Origin: Marsupella aquatica
Taxonomy: Eukaryota > Plantae > Marchantiophyta
DNA length: 64,000 nt
Direction of reading: 5' to 3'
NCBI GenBank assembly: GCA_973895155.1
Contig: OZ316894.1
Coordinates: 12,378,828-12,442,827, forward strand
This document shows, in pieces, positions 1 to 10,711 of the stretch; position 1 is the first letter of the stretch; the number at the start of each line of letters is the position of its first letter. Below the pieces are notes generated by a model. The model did no database searches and was not told the DNA's origin. It worked only from the letters and a program-made list of their open reading frames with translations. Position numbers and translations under genes: made by a program.

Positions 1-1960
1 AGTAGGGAATCTAATTCTCCGTTTATAGCTTTTTGCCATTCAGGCCAATCTGGTCTGTTTTGGCATTCTAAGATGGATATTGGTTCTGGTGTTTCGTCTG
101 TGATATGTGTTGCCACCATTAATGCAAAAGCATCATCTATTGAAGTAGTATTTCTATCCCACATCGCACCTGTGTCTGCGTAGTGGATAGAGATCTCTTC
201 ATGGGATGTAGATTCGGTATGATTGACATCAGGTGAAGGTGGTATAGATGAACCACGCCTTCGTGGTTGTTTATCTTTTGATCCCAAGGGTCTACCTCGT
301 TTTGCACGAGGTTGGGATGTACTTGCTAGCTCACTTGATAATTCGATGCGAGCAGATGCTCTCGCAGCTGGAATATGTGAGCGGGTAATTTGTGATGTGT
401 CAATGAAAGCGTCAGGAAGTTCTTCCACAATCTTGTGGAGTTGCAGAATTCTTTGAACTTCTTTCTCCCCTTGATTTGTTCTAAGGTCTTGCCAAAATGG
501 CGAGTGTCTTTCCCACTCCAAAGGTGGTTGTGGGTGTTCGGGGGTTATTAATGATGGGTAAATATGCTCATCAAAATGGCAATCTAGGAATCTGGCTTTA
601 AAAACATCGCCAGTTGTAGGCTCTATATATCGGATTATGGACGGTGAGTCAAATCTGATGTATATCCCCGACTGTCGTTGGGGTCCCATCTTGGTTCGTT
701 TGGGTGGAGTAATGGGGACCATTACTTAACATCCAAATGAACGAAGATGTGATAGGTCAGGTTTAATACCATTAGCAATTTGGTATGGGCTATAGGTATT
801 AAAGGCCGATGGGCGGTATTGGATTAATGCATTAGCCTGTAATATGGCGTGTCCCCATACTGAGAAAGGGAGTTTCGACTACATTAATAGTGGGCGTGCA
901 ATTAACTGAAGGCGTTTAATGACCGCTTCAGCTAGTCCGTTCTGAAAATTCACGTGAGGTACAGGATATTGTACGTCAATGCCAAGTGATGTGCAGAAGT
1001 CATCAAATGTTTCAGATGTGAATTCCCCTGCATTGTCCACCCTTAGTGTCTTAATGGGGTGGTCTGGGAATTGTGCTTTCACGCGCAGGATTTGCGCCAA
1101 GATACGAGGCATAACCATGTTCCTCGTTGAAAGCAATGTCACATTTGACCATTTAGTTGATGCGTCGATTAATACCATGAAGTAGCGGAAGGGTCCGCTC
1201 GGTGGGTTGATCGGCCCGCAAACATCGGCGTGGATTATTTCCAAGAATTTGGGTATTTTGGTTGGCAATTTTGATGCCGTGGGCCTTGTTATTAATTTGC
1301 CGCGTGAGCATGCAGTGCATGGGGTGCTAGCTGGAATGTGGCGTGTATTGATTGGAATGCCACTTGAATTCTTAAGTATTTTGCTTAGCATTGATTGGCC
1401 GGGGTGGCCAAGGCGTGCATGCCAAAGCGCGGGCAATTCACTTGTGTTGGCATTGTTATGCAAGCATTCAATATGAGTTACATAAAACCCGTAGGGGTAC
1501 GAGAAAAGGGTTTCTTTAATGATATTCCCCGTAGGGGTATTTTCAACCAAGTGTATCACTTCCTGATCTCTGGTATCGCCCATCTGGACATGTAGTCCGT
1601 TTGCTCGTATATTGCTAAAACTGAGGAGATTACGCGTTGCGTTCGGGGCAAAAATAGTAGATTCTATGTGTATAGCTGTACCCTGCGGGAGTCTAATGGA
1701 AGCTGGGCCAAAGCCCTCTTCTATTTGGCTAGGGCCATTAATAGTAGTTAGGGATCGACGTGAGGGTGTGATCTTGTGAAAAAGGTGTCGATCCCGGAGG
1801 ATAGTGTGCGTGGTTGCACTATCTATAATACATGTGCTGGGGCTATTTAGATCTGGGGTTGTGGAACTACTTGCCACTAAGTGTGCTTCGGGTTGGGCAG
1901 GTAGATCTGAAAAGTCTTGGAATGGGTCGCTGGACCCCATAAACGCCGCGTGGGTTTCAC
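1..1960 (-). pseudogene. copia pol (protease, HHCC zinc finger, integrase core), interrupted
   Basis: ORF 879-1940 has DSATT (PR), WHARLGHPG...CTAC (HHCC) and the DDE triad IHADVCGP / RVDNAGEF / QNGLAE. The frame continues past the TAG at 879-881 (SKLPFSVWGHAILQANALIQYRPS...HLRSFGC*VMVPI...FDEHIYP) with a further stop, so this copy is decayed. Confidence 0.9.
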
Positions 1961-2983
1961 GGGTGGTGCCCTAGAGGTTTGTCCGTCCTTGAGGGATCGT
2001 TGATATAGCTCTTTAAGGTGTTGTGGGATTCTATAGTTTCTGGCTAGGTGGTTGTTCATGCCACATGCATGGCATTTTGGGCGTTCCCGTTGTGGTTGGG
2101 ATTGTGACCAATCATTTTGGCGGTTGTTGTTATATGTTCTTTCATCACCGCGTCCACCTCGTCCTCCGCGTCTATCTCGTCCTCCACGTCCTCCGCGTCC
2201 TCCGCGTCCACTAAAGGACCGTCTGAAATTGTATTGTGGGTGTTGGTTAAAGAAACTCCCCCTATTGGGGTGGTTTCTATGGTTGCCATTCCTACTTCGC
2301 TTAATGCCCTGCCTTGATGTGGAGGGTTCAGCGGTGTCGGTAAGATGTGTTTCACTCTGTGATCCTGAGGGCAGTGTGCCCGTAGGACGTTTTCTAGAGT
2401 TAACTAAGAGGAGTTCTTGGTTTCTTTCGGTGACTAGGAGGTGGGCTATGAGCTCGGAGTATTGCCCGAACTTCATGTTTCGATACTGAGTTGATAGCCA
2501 CACATTCGATGAATGAAATGTTGACAAGGTCTTCTCTAGCAGATCCTTGTCTGTGACCGGCTCGCCACATAGTGCGAGGGTTGATGTTATTCTAAAGAGT
2601 TTGCTATTGTAGGCTGAAATAGAGGTAAAGTCCTGGACCCGCAGGTTGAGCCAGTCTTGCCTGGCTCTAGGTAATTCAACCAGTTTCTGGTGGTCGAATC
2701 GGGCCTGGAGCGCTATCCATAGTTCTCGAGGAGTCAAAAGGTGCATGTATTGTCTCTATAGGAATCTATGAATGTGGCGTCTCAGGAATACTAGGGCTTT
2801 CGATTCGTTGGCTTTAGTTAATGGGTCTGGTTGTGGTTCACCGGCAAGGATGGGTTGAGCGAGCCCTATTGCAGGGAGTAGGGTTAGCGAGGTTAGGTTT
2901 TCTTTTAGGTTCATGGACCATTCTAGGTAGTTGCCGCCATCTATTTCTAGGGCTGGAAAGTTAAGTTTCTCTAGGTTGGTCAT
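1877..2983 (-). pseudogene. copia gag with in-frame stop and degenerate zinc knuckle
   Basis: ORFs 2756-2983 and 1877-2746 are one frame split by a TAG at 2756-2758. Gag core LWIALQARFDHQK...LRVQDF...LLEKTLSTF, an RGG-rich tract, and zinc knuckle CHACGMNNHLARNY (last Cys replaced by Tyr). Confidence 0.88.
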
Positions 2984-4393
2984 TGGGGTGGTGGCTCGAT
3001 TCCTTTTAGTGGTACTTTAGGCTTATTTACTAGTAGGTATAGTAGGAAATGACAAAGCACATTTCTGCGGCATGCAAGGTGGGGCTGGTTGGAGAGAGCA
3101 TGCAAATCCAAAATTCAATTTTAGGGTTTGCACTTAGGATTTAGGTTTTCCTTGGTATTTGGTTAACTGCAAAGTTTCCTTTGTATTTGCTCTTTCCTTT
3201 GTTAAACTGTGCAGTAATGAAGTTTTGCAGTCTGTGCAATTATGGGTGATTCTTTACTCGTACCCTGGTTAATTGCACTTTCGGCTTTGTAAAGTTAATT
3301 TTCTTTGTTACGGGATGCAGTTATGGAGGTTTTGCGGTTATGTGCGCTTATTTGGTTAAGTGCAACTTTTCCTTTGTAATTGAAATTTCTTTGACGGATT
3401 TTGCAGTTAAAGAGGTTTTGCACTTAGCAGCGGTTCTCGAGGTTTTCTCGACGTTTTTGCAATTTTGTTGCGAGATTTGTCGAGGTGCCGTCTTGCTTCT
3501 GGGGCTCCTTCGATCACGATTTCATATCCTCTCTCGAGCAATGTCTTCTTGAGGTTCTCCAATCAACCCCGGTTGCTCCTTTGCTTCTCTTTGTCGATAG
3601 TTTCTTCCAGATTCTCAAGGTACCGATTCTCGCTGTGACTTTCCTGAGCGCTTTCTTCGCCTTATTTCTACACAAGCTCCATGGGACTGCCTTTTCGATG
3701 GTCACGGGATCAAATGGTAGGGCTGCGCCTTCCTTCGCCTATGTCACAACGCTATCCTGAATTCGTCTTCCTTTAAATCCAACCATTTCCTGGAATCTCC
3801 ATAGCCCCTCTCAAGTTTCTTTGCCTCTTCGTTGTTCTGCTATATTGTCCTTACGAGTTCAAGTCTCAATGTCCCTGTGGCATTTCTTTGAAATTTCGGT
3901 GCTGCCTGTCTTTTCCTTTTTCGGCTCTTACAGATCTTCGATCCTAGTCTCTCAATTCTTATTTCCTCATGATTCCTGGATTCGCCTTGCTACTAATCGT
4001 TCTCATTCAATCCTGCCTACTCTTTTTGTTTTCTATTGGTTCTTCTCGATTCACTCCGCTCAGTCTGATCGTTAATCTTATACAATCCCATTCACCATTG
4101 CAATTCAATTTTCTGCGCTCGGTGCTCCGTTGTTATCTTTTGGCATATCCTTATGAATGTTGTTTTTGTTTCTTTGCCCTTGGTTCTCTGCTTCTCAACC
4201 TCTCGCGCTCCTCTTATCACTTTTCGGGTCTGTTTCCTTCATTCGTCATCGGGCATTTTTCTCCCCTATCCTTTCCTTTAAGCCTTATCGATCTGTTTCC
4301 TTATGAGTCTCGATTCTTGCTTTTCTTAATTTCTTGCGCTCCGCTGGGTCCTCGAAAAAAAATCTTAGCCTCCTTGCTCAGCCTCGGTGAGTC

Positions 4394-4407
4394 TCGTGCT
4401 GATAACG
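4394..4407 (-). other. Primer binding site (half tRNA-Ile type)
   Basis: CGTTATCAGCACGA on the minus strand directly after the LTR end ...ACA. The plus strand TCGTGCTGATAACG matches the recalled anticodon arm of cytosolic tRNA-Ile. Confidence 0.85.
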
Positions 4408-4540
4408 TGTCGTGAGGTAATGAGTCTCCAACAGATCTTCTAGTCCGGGAGGTTTTATATATAGGTGTATGTATCATGTACACCCCTGGTTAGGGTGACT
4501 TAACCAGGGTAAACGGTGACTAGATGTGGGGATTATAACA
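4408..4540 (-). repeat. 5' LTR of the Bianca element (133 bp)
   Basis: Minus strand begins TGTTATAATC (4540) and ends ...CACGACA (4408) next to the PBS. It contains a TATA box CTATATATAAAA at about 4453-4464. The outer boundary is inferred from TG..CA termini only, because the 3' LTR is not in the window. Confidence 0.7.
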
Positions 4541-5414
4541 TAGTTGAGATTGTATGTGCAGGAGAAAGACAGGTCTACTCTCCCATCTTTCCCTGTGAGA
4601 ACATGAGATACGTTTAGACCACACTACAAATTGATGAGCACATGAATTCTACACAAGCTATAAACCCTAGCACAACTGATCAGCCTCAAATCCCGCCTCA
4701 AATCAGTTGCATTTGTAGAGCCCCTAGTAAAGTATTAAGTGCAGGGCATAATTCTCTTTAGAAGAACTCTGCGGCGCTTTTCAGGTTTTTCTGCCTCAGT
4801 CAGGCCTGGCATCGATCCGGCCAGTCAGACACCTGGACCCAGGCTCAGCTTCAGCCCTCGTTAAAATGCCTCTGACTGCTGCAGCCATATTGTAAAGTGC
4901 CCCTTAAGGACCATGTATCTAGCTACATATGGTGTATTGGTTGTTTAAGCACATAACCTACACATTTATTGAAATTTATTGTTAACTGTCGGATTTGAGC
5001 TACGCTTACACCAAGTTCATGGTAAAAAGGCAAGTTTGGGAGATGTCCTGATAGGTACGTGAAAACTATTCATGCAAATAGGGGCCAGTGATGGTAGTGG
5101 GGAATGGTCAGTGGATGGCAAGGCTTGAGAGTTGGATCTTATGAATTGAGGATTTGATTGGGCAAGATAAACTACCAGTTGCATTGTGCTCTTTCAACCT
5201 ATTGTACTTTAGCTTTGTTAATAATCTGCTTGAGTTCTGTGAGAGCCAATTTGTACTTAAGGGGTACACAAACCTTAGAAAGTTTGTAAGAAAAACCTGT
5301 TTACTGTTGTGGCTCTTGAGCTTTGGGTTTTGGGTAACCCATTGAGGTTTTCTGGACATAACTTTGTTGTCGGGTAAGTTCATTTGGGTGGAGATATTTT
5401 CTGCAGTTGCCTAA

Positions 5415-5741
5415 GGGCTAGGTTCTATGGGCCAGAGGTAGGGAGTACAATCACTCCCTCTGACACCCCTTGGAACCCAAATACTACATATGCCAAGGTG
5501 TACACATTATTTTAAATGTATGAGTTTTGACTTAGGAGCCAATAAGAATGCCCTGTACTGTTCCTATGCAGGGGAGGGGGGTACCCCTGAAGTTTACCAG
5601 GGAGTGTGACTTGTGACTAAAAATTATACTCCCTACTACAATATTTATTAACCCCTCAATCCCTGGAAAATCTGCAATCTTAATGGCCTAAACATTCTGA
5701 CACACATCCTTACTCACTCCTAGCCCCACTGAACCTAGCCC
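5415..5741. mobile_element. Tourist-like (PIF/Harbinger) MITE
   Basis: TAA|GGGCTAGGTTC ... GAACCTAGCCC|TAA: perfect 11-bp TIR, TAA duplicated on both sides, 327 bp, no coding capacity. Confidence 0.8.
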
Positions 5742-8294
5742 TAATAATCAGGGGTGGTCACAGTGTATACTAAGGCTTTCCCAGACTTTCTGACTGAAGT
5801 CTCTACTCTTGCATTCTCCTTTGACTCTCCTCAAATTCCACACTTATTTTGCTTCACCCCCATTGCAACTCATTTCTTTCCTTTCAACATGTGTCTCTCC
5901 ACTTGCCAATTTAGTTGACACACTAGATGTTGATCATTAATTTAGCTCATCAGATGTGTACCCTTAGCTCATCACCATGTCCCAATGGTAGATCTTTTCC
6001 TTCTTATTTTCTTTTTCCTCGTTCTAGGTTTTTCTGTTTACCTTCCCACATTTCTTTAGGTTTGGTGGTTGTTGGCTTTGGCCCTCTTTGCTTTTCCTTC
6101 AATGTACTTTGCTTGGCTATTTTTGGTAAAGAAACTCGGAGTGTCTTTCAACTGTCTTGTTTGCATGTAGTTTTTTAATTCTCCCATATTTGATTTGAAC
6201 AATCTTTTCACTTCGACAAACACCATGCAAGGGAAGCAGGAAGCCAATCAAATGAAAGAGGCTGAGAACATAATTCTTGAAAAGTGTCAAAACTGACATC
6301 ACGCTTTGTATAACCACACGCATGTGTAGCAAAATTATTACGCAGAATACGATAATTCAAAGATTCCAAAAGGAAAAAATAATTTGTACAAAAGCCGAAC
6401 AACATTCCTGACACGCGCCACTAGGACAGAAATCTAACATGCCAGATAGGAACAAAACACCCCAATAATGAAACTGAATCGCCGGTAGAAATCCTGATAA
6501 CTTAGATCAGATTATTTAATGTACGTCCTATTGCATTCGGTCTGGCCAGAGTCCATTAACGCACCTATTTTATTCATCCATTTATCAACGGACCCTTCCA
6601 TTTCCCCGTCCAATAACAGGGGCCATCCGCAATCTTTATCCAGGTCTCGAACAATCGATCCGGTCATCCTGTCCATGCGTTCGTCGTATACATTCCATCC
6701 AGCCGTCCATCCATCCCGCCAAATGTCCAGCAATTCAGACGCCCAATATCAGTCCTTCTCTCCGCCCGTCTTTCCGTCCAACCCGATATGTCTACAATGC
6801 GGTTCTCCTCGAAGTCTGTAGACAGCGTCCTCAACGACAAACGAAGCTTAATAATAAGGTACCGCCGACCATTATTAACGCTTTACTGCTTTGCTCATGT
6901 CCTTTGACGATGGAAAGATAAATATCCCCTTTCCGGATGACATTATTGAATCCAATATGTTCGTGTCCGTACTACGACGGGCAGCCGCAGCGCTGACTAG
7001 CCTTCTTACTTTCTTCCTTCGTTTATTACTCGCTGCCGAGTCACGAGTGAGGACGGTCTCGAGTACAGAACTGACTGTAGTCGACTTTCTGTGTTCCTTC
7101 CGTTAGGATTGTTACTGGTACAGTACCGTAGTCCTGTACTCCTGGTCCTATTTCCGGGAGGGGTTGTTTCGAGTACTGGTAGTGGGCACTGTGGTTCCTT
7201 CCGAGTTTGGGCTCTGCGGATTTGGTGCATCGAGAGGCTGCTGCCTGCAGGGGTACCGCAGCTCTGACGGTCTGTGTTACACCTGACATGTACAGGAGTG
7301 TCAGTTTTACAGTCTTCTCACCACGGTACTGGACTTTACAGAACACCATAATTATGAGGAGCAAAGAGAACGGTGTCCATCATTGCAAGTGTCGTGGGAT
7401 TTTGAGGGGCGTGTTTTAGTTTAGCCTGCACCAAATGAGGTCTAGTGATTTAGCTACTGTAGACCATCCTGGGCATCATTTGTTGTTTTGTCTTGTTCAG
7501 GACAAAACACAACAAATGAATATTTATTTCACCTGAAGGAATAGACTGAGCAGGTTGGATGGATGCGCCATAGGGCAGTGTCAAAAGATTGCAAATGGAT
7601 CTGAAGGTGATGTAACTGTGATGGGATAGTTGTGAAGCTAATGAAAATTGAAAGATTGCAAGAGGGAGACAGACGACAGTACGTTCAAAAAAATTGCAAA
7701 TGATATGGGAGGGTAATTGTGATTCTAGTGAAAGTAGAATCGCAAGAGGGAGACAGAAGACATAATATGTAGCTTAGTGTGACCAAGTCCTTTTTTATCA
7801 GGGAACTGGTTCATGGTCTTCTTTACATATTGTCAAATCTGAGTATACATCTCGAGGGTGTAAGGGTGTCATGGATGACACAATCAATCACTTGACATGG
7901 TAGATTTTGTTAAAACCAGCATAAATCAGTATAAAAGGAGAAGAGTCCAAACTTGCTTTTGTTACATTTTCTTCTCTAGATTGCTACAGCAGTTTATTCT
8001 ATAATTCAGGAAATAGATATTAATTATCGTGAAGCCTGGAATTACTACGTTTGACTAGGGAGAGTGGCGGTTTAACACTAGCCCCTCCTTTGGGATGTGT
8101 GCAAGAATTGTGTAAATATAGGATGTATACTAGGGAAAGGTTTGTATTACTGCACATGTATGCTTTGCAGCGCACCTTTGTTGAACCCAGGCAAGCATGG
8201 TTCCAAGTAGCTGTCAACCCTTTGAGTCTTTAGTGACATGTGTACATTTTGGGTTTTCGCCTTTTGTTCTTTGGGATTGTGCTACACAGGTTGT

Positions 8295-8315
8295 GGGGGG
8301 GGGGGGGGGGGGGGG
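8295..8315 (+). repeat. poly-G tract (21 G)
   Basis: Homopolymer seen directly. A poly-C run also lies at about 9222-9237. Confidence 0.9.
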
Positions 8316-10711
8316 TAAGGGGGAGAGGGTAACTGAGGTTTGGCTTTGTTGGAAGCTACGCATGGCCAACTTTTGATTCTCACGTGACACGACCAACCTG
8401 TTTTTTTGTTGGCCTCACAATCCTTCTCCATGTTATGTAGATTAAAGACATTAATCTCCCGCCAGATTGAGAGAACCATCACCCTTGGGAGCAAACAAAC
8501 TACGGTGTTATGAAAATTCTTTTTTGTGAAGTCCGAACTTCTATTATAAAAATTCATGTGATGTCAGTTGCATGGTCAGGCCTGTTCACAATCTAACTAA
8601 GAAAGCATGATGCAAAACCAGGATTCATGGCCTGTGGTCTAGAGTGAAGAGTCTAGACCATGATTAGGGGGTGCAACCAGAGTTGAGAGTGGGGTGTGAA
8701 ATGAAGCGTAGACCTCACCTCTACTCATTTTAGAAGTAAGAGTGGTAGTGGTTGGGCTACCTTAGTCTGAACCAACAGCAAACAAAAGGACTAAAATGGG
8801 CTTGCAGAACCTGAAACAGATGACAAACAATTCAAAAATGCCTCAATGGTATCCTCAATCGTTCATTCTCCCAGGAGGCAATTTGACAGTATGATGTTGA
8901 TGTGGCTCTCAACTATCAACGGGATTGGGATGACACGGCAAGAGGGATCGTGCATCTAATTAATCAATTGGCTGTCCACTCATCCCAATCATAATTTCTG
9001 TACATAATGAAGGTTAACAGCGTGTAACCATTTTGAGCGGTATTTGCTATTCCCATCATATCTTGCTAGGAAATAACCTATTTCTGGACAACAATTATAA
9101 TGCAATTCTGAAAACAAAGATAAATTACTTCATTTATTCTTGTAAGCCAGATTGAAATTTATCTTTGTTCCTTCCCAAGTCAAACTATTCACAATTCAGC
9201 ATTTCCGGCAGGGCGGGAGAGCCCCCCCCCCCCCCCCACTCATACGGCTATTGATTCACAGAGTTGTTATGGAACCGCACTTAGGGATTTCATAATTTGT
9301 GTCGGGTTACCAACCATTTACAGGTTGGACCCGAACCAAGTGCTGGGTTTTGCTTAAGAATTCCATAATGGAGGTCTGGGCAGGGGTTATAGCCCAGACC
9401 CTGTTCCAAGAAAACTCAGAAAAACTTTTTGGCTGTCGTGGGCCGGGTCAGACCTTGCTCCAAGAAAACTCAGGAAAGCTTGTAGATGCCGCAGAACAGG
9501 TTTTTACTTTCACTTTTTGGTCACAGGGTGTTACAGGCTAACAACCCCAGAAGAGACCACTATTGTCAATAGTTAACAAAGGCTTTGAAAGTAAAAATTG
9601 TTCTCCATTTCCCAATTTGAACTTACATTACAGGTTTTCATGACCTAGCCAACACGGCTCACAGGAAAATGGTTGTCCTGGCCCGCATAGCAAAACAAAA
9701 GTATGTGTCCCATGAGCCGGTCCATCTCGGCTGTCCCACTTTGGTGAGTCGGTGGGGTTCAAACCACACAGGAAACAGGGGGTGGGGCAGTTGGGGCCCC
9801 CGAAAGAGGAGAGAGTTGGAACACGGAGCACTCTTGAGCGAGAGAGAGAATCTGATAACGAGACTTGATGAGGGAAAAGGAAACGAGAAAGAATGATGCT
9901 CGAGCGAAGTCGTCGACATAGCTCGATACTCGTGAGCCCGTCACAGGGGTGGTGGGGGGGGAAGGGGGGGGGAGGAGGTAGACACAGAGAGGGCACAATG
10001 CAGACGGGACTGGAGTAGTGGAGGAGGCAAGGTAGCAAAAGGCAGAGGGAGACTGATTGATGGAGCAAAAAGGGAGGCACCGAGAAATGGAGCGAAAGGG
10101 AAATGGACGAGGGGAATCGGGAGCAGTAAAAACGGCCTTGCCGATGAGATTGTGTGGTACGCTGAATGAACAGTCGTGGAAGGAACCGAAGGGGAGGAGC
10201 GAAGGACGAAGAAGAAGAAGGAAGGCGATAAAGAGGAGCTAGTAGTGTGGTCAAGTATAGATGCCAGCCAGCCGTACAGTAAGACAGGGTGGGCTAGAGA
10301 GAATCGTCCTCGACCTCCTCGTCCCTCATAATTTTTGAAAAGTGCAATCGAGCCTTGGAGACAGAGAAAGGGATGGAGGGTCGGAGAGCCTGCTGCAGCA
10401 GCTGTCGAGCCAGCAAGTGAGTGAACGATGATGGATGCCAGTTACACGAATGAACGCGGCCCTGTGCGCTGCTGGTGGTGGTGCCACTGGTGTTGACCCG
10501 GGGTGGCGGGAGAGGGCGGAGGCGCACGGAACCGGGTTGGCCTCTTGATGTTGATATCGCTCGTTAATGATAATACAGTTATGGCAGAGGAGAGGATTGG
10601 ATTTCGACCGTAGAGTAGATTAGAAAGGAGAAGGGAGCGAGAGAGAGAGAGGGAGAAAAGGGGAGAAAGAGAGGCGCAATTCCTGCCGATGCTGCAACAT
10701 TATTAATCATC

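Larger units (their letters stand above)
1..4540 (-). mobile_element. Ty1/copia LTR retrotransposon, Bianca lineage (5' part; continues left beyond the window)
   Basis: Minus-strand order is LTR, PBS, ~1.4-kb leader, gag, protease, GAG-pre-integrase, integrase (copia order). Gag starts MTNLEKLNFPALEIDGGNYLEW, like Bianca MxNLxKLEFxALDIxGxNYLxW. Protease reads IIDSATTHTIL. Integrase tail TKMGPQRQSGIY resembles Bianca. PBS CGTTATCAGCACGA. Confidence 0.92.
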
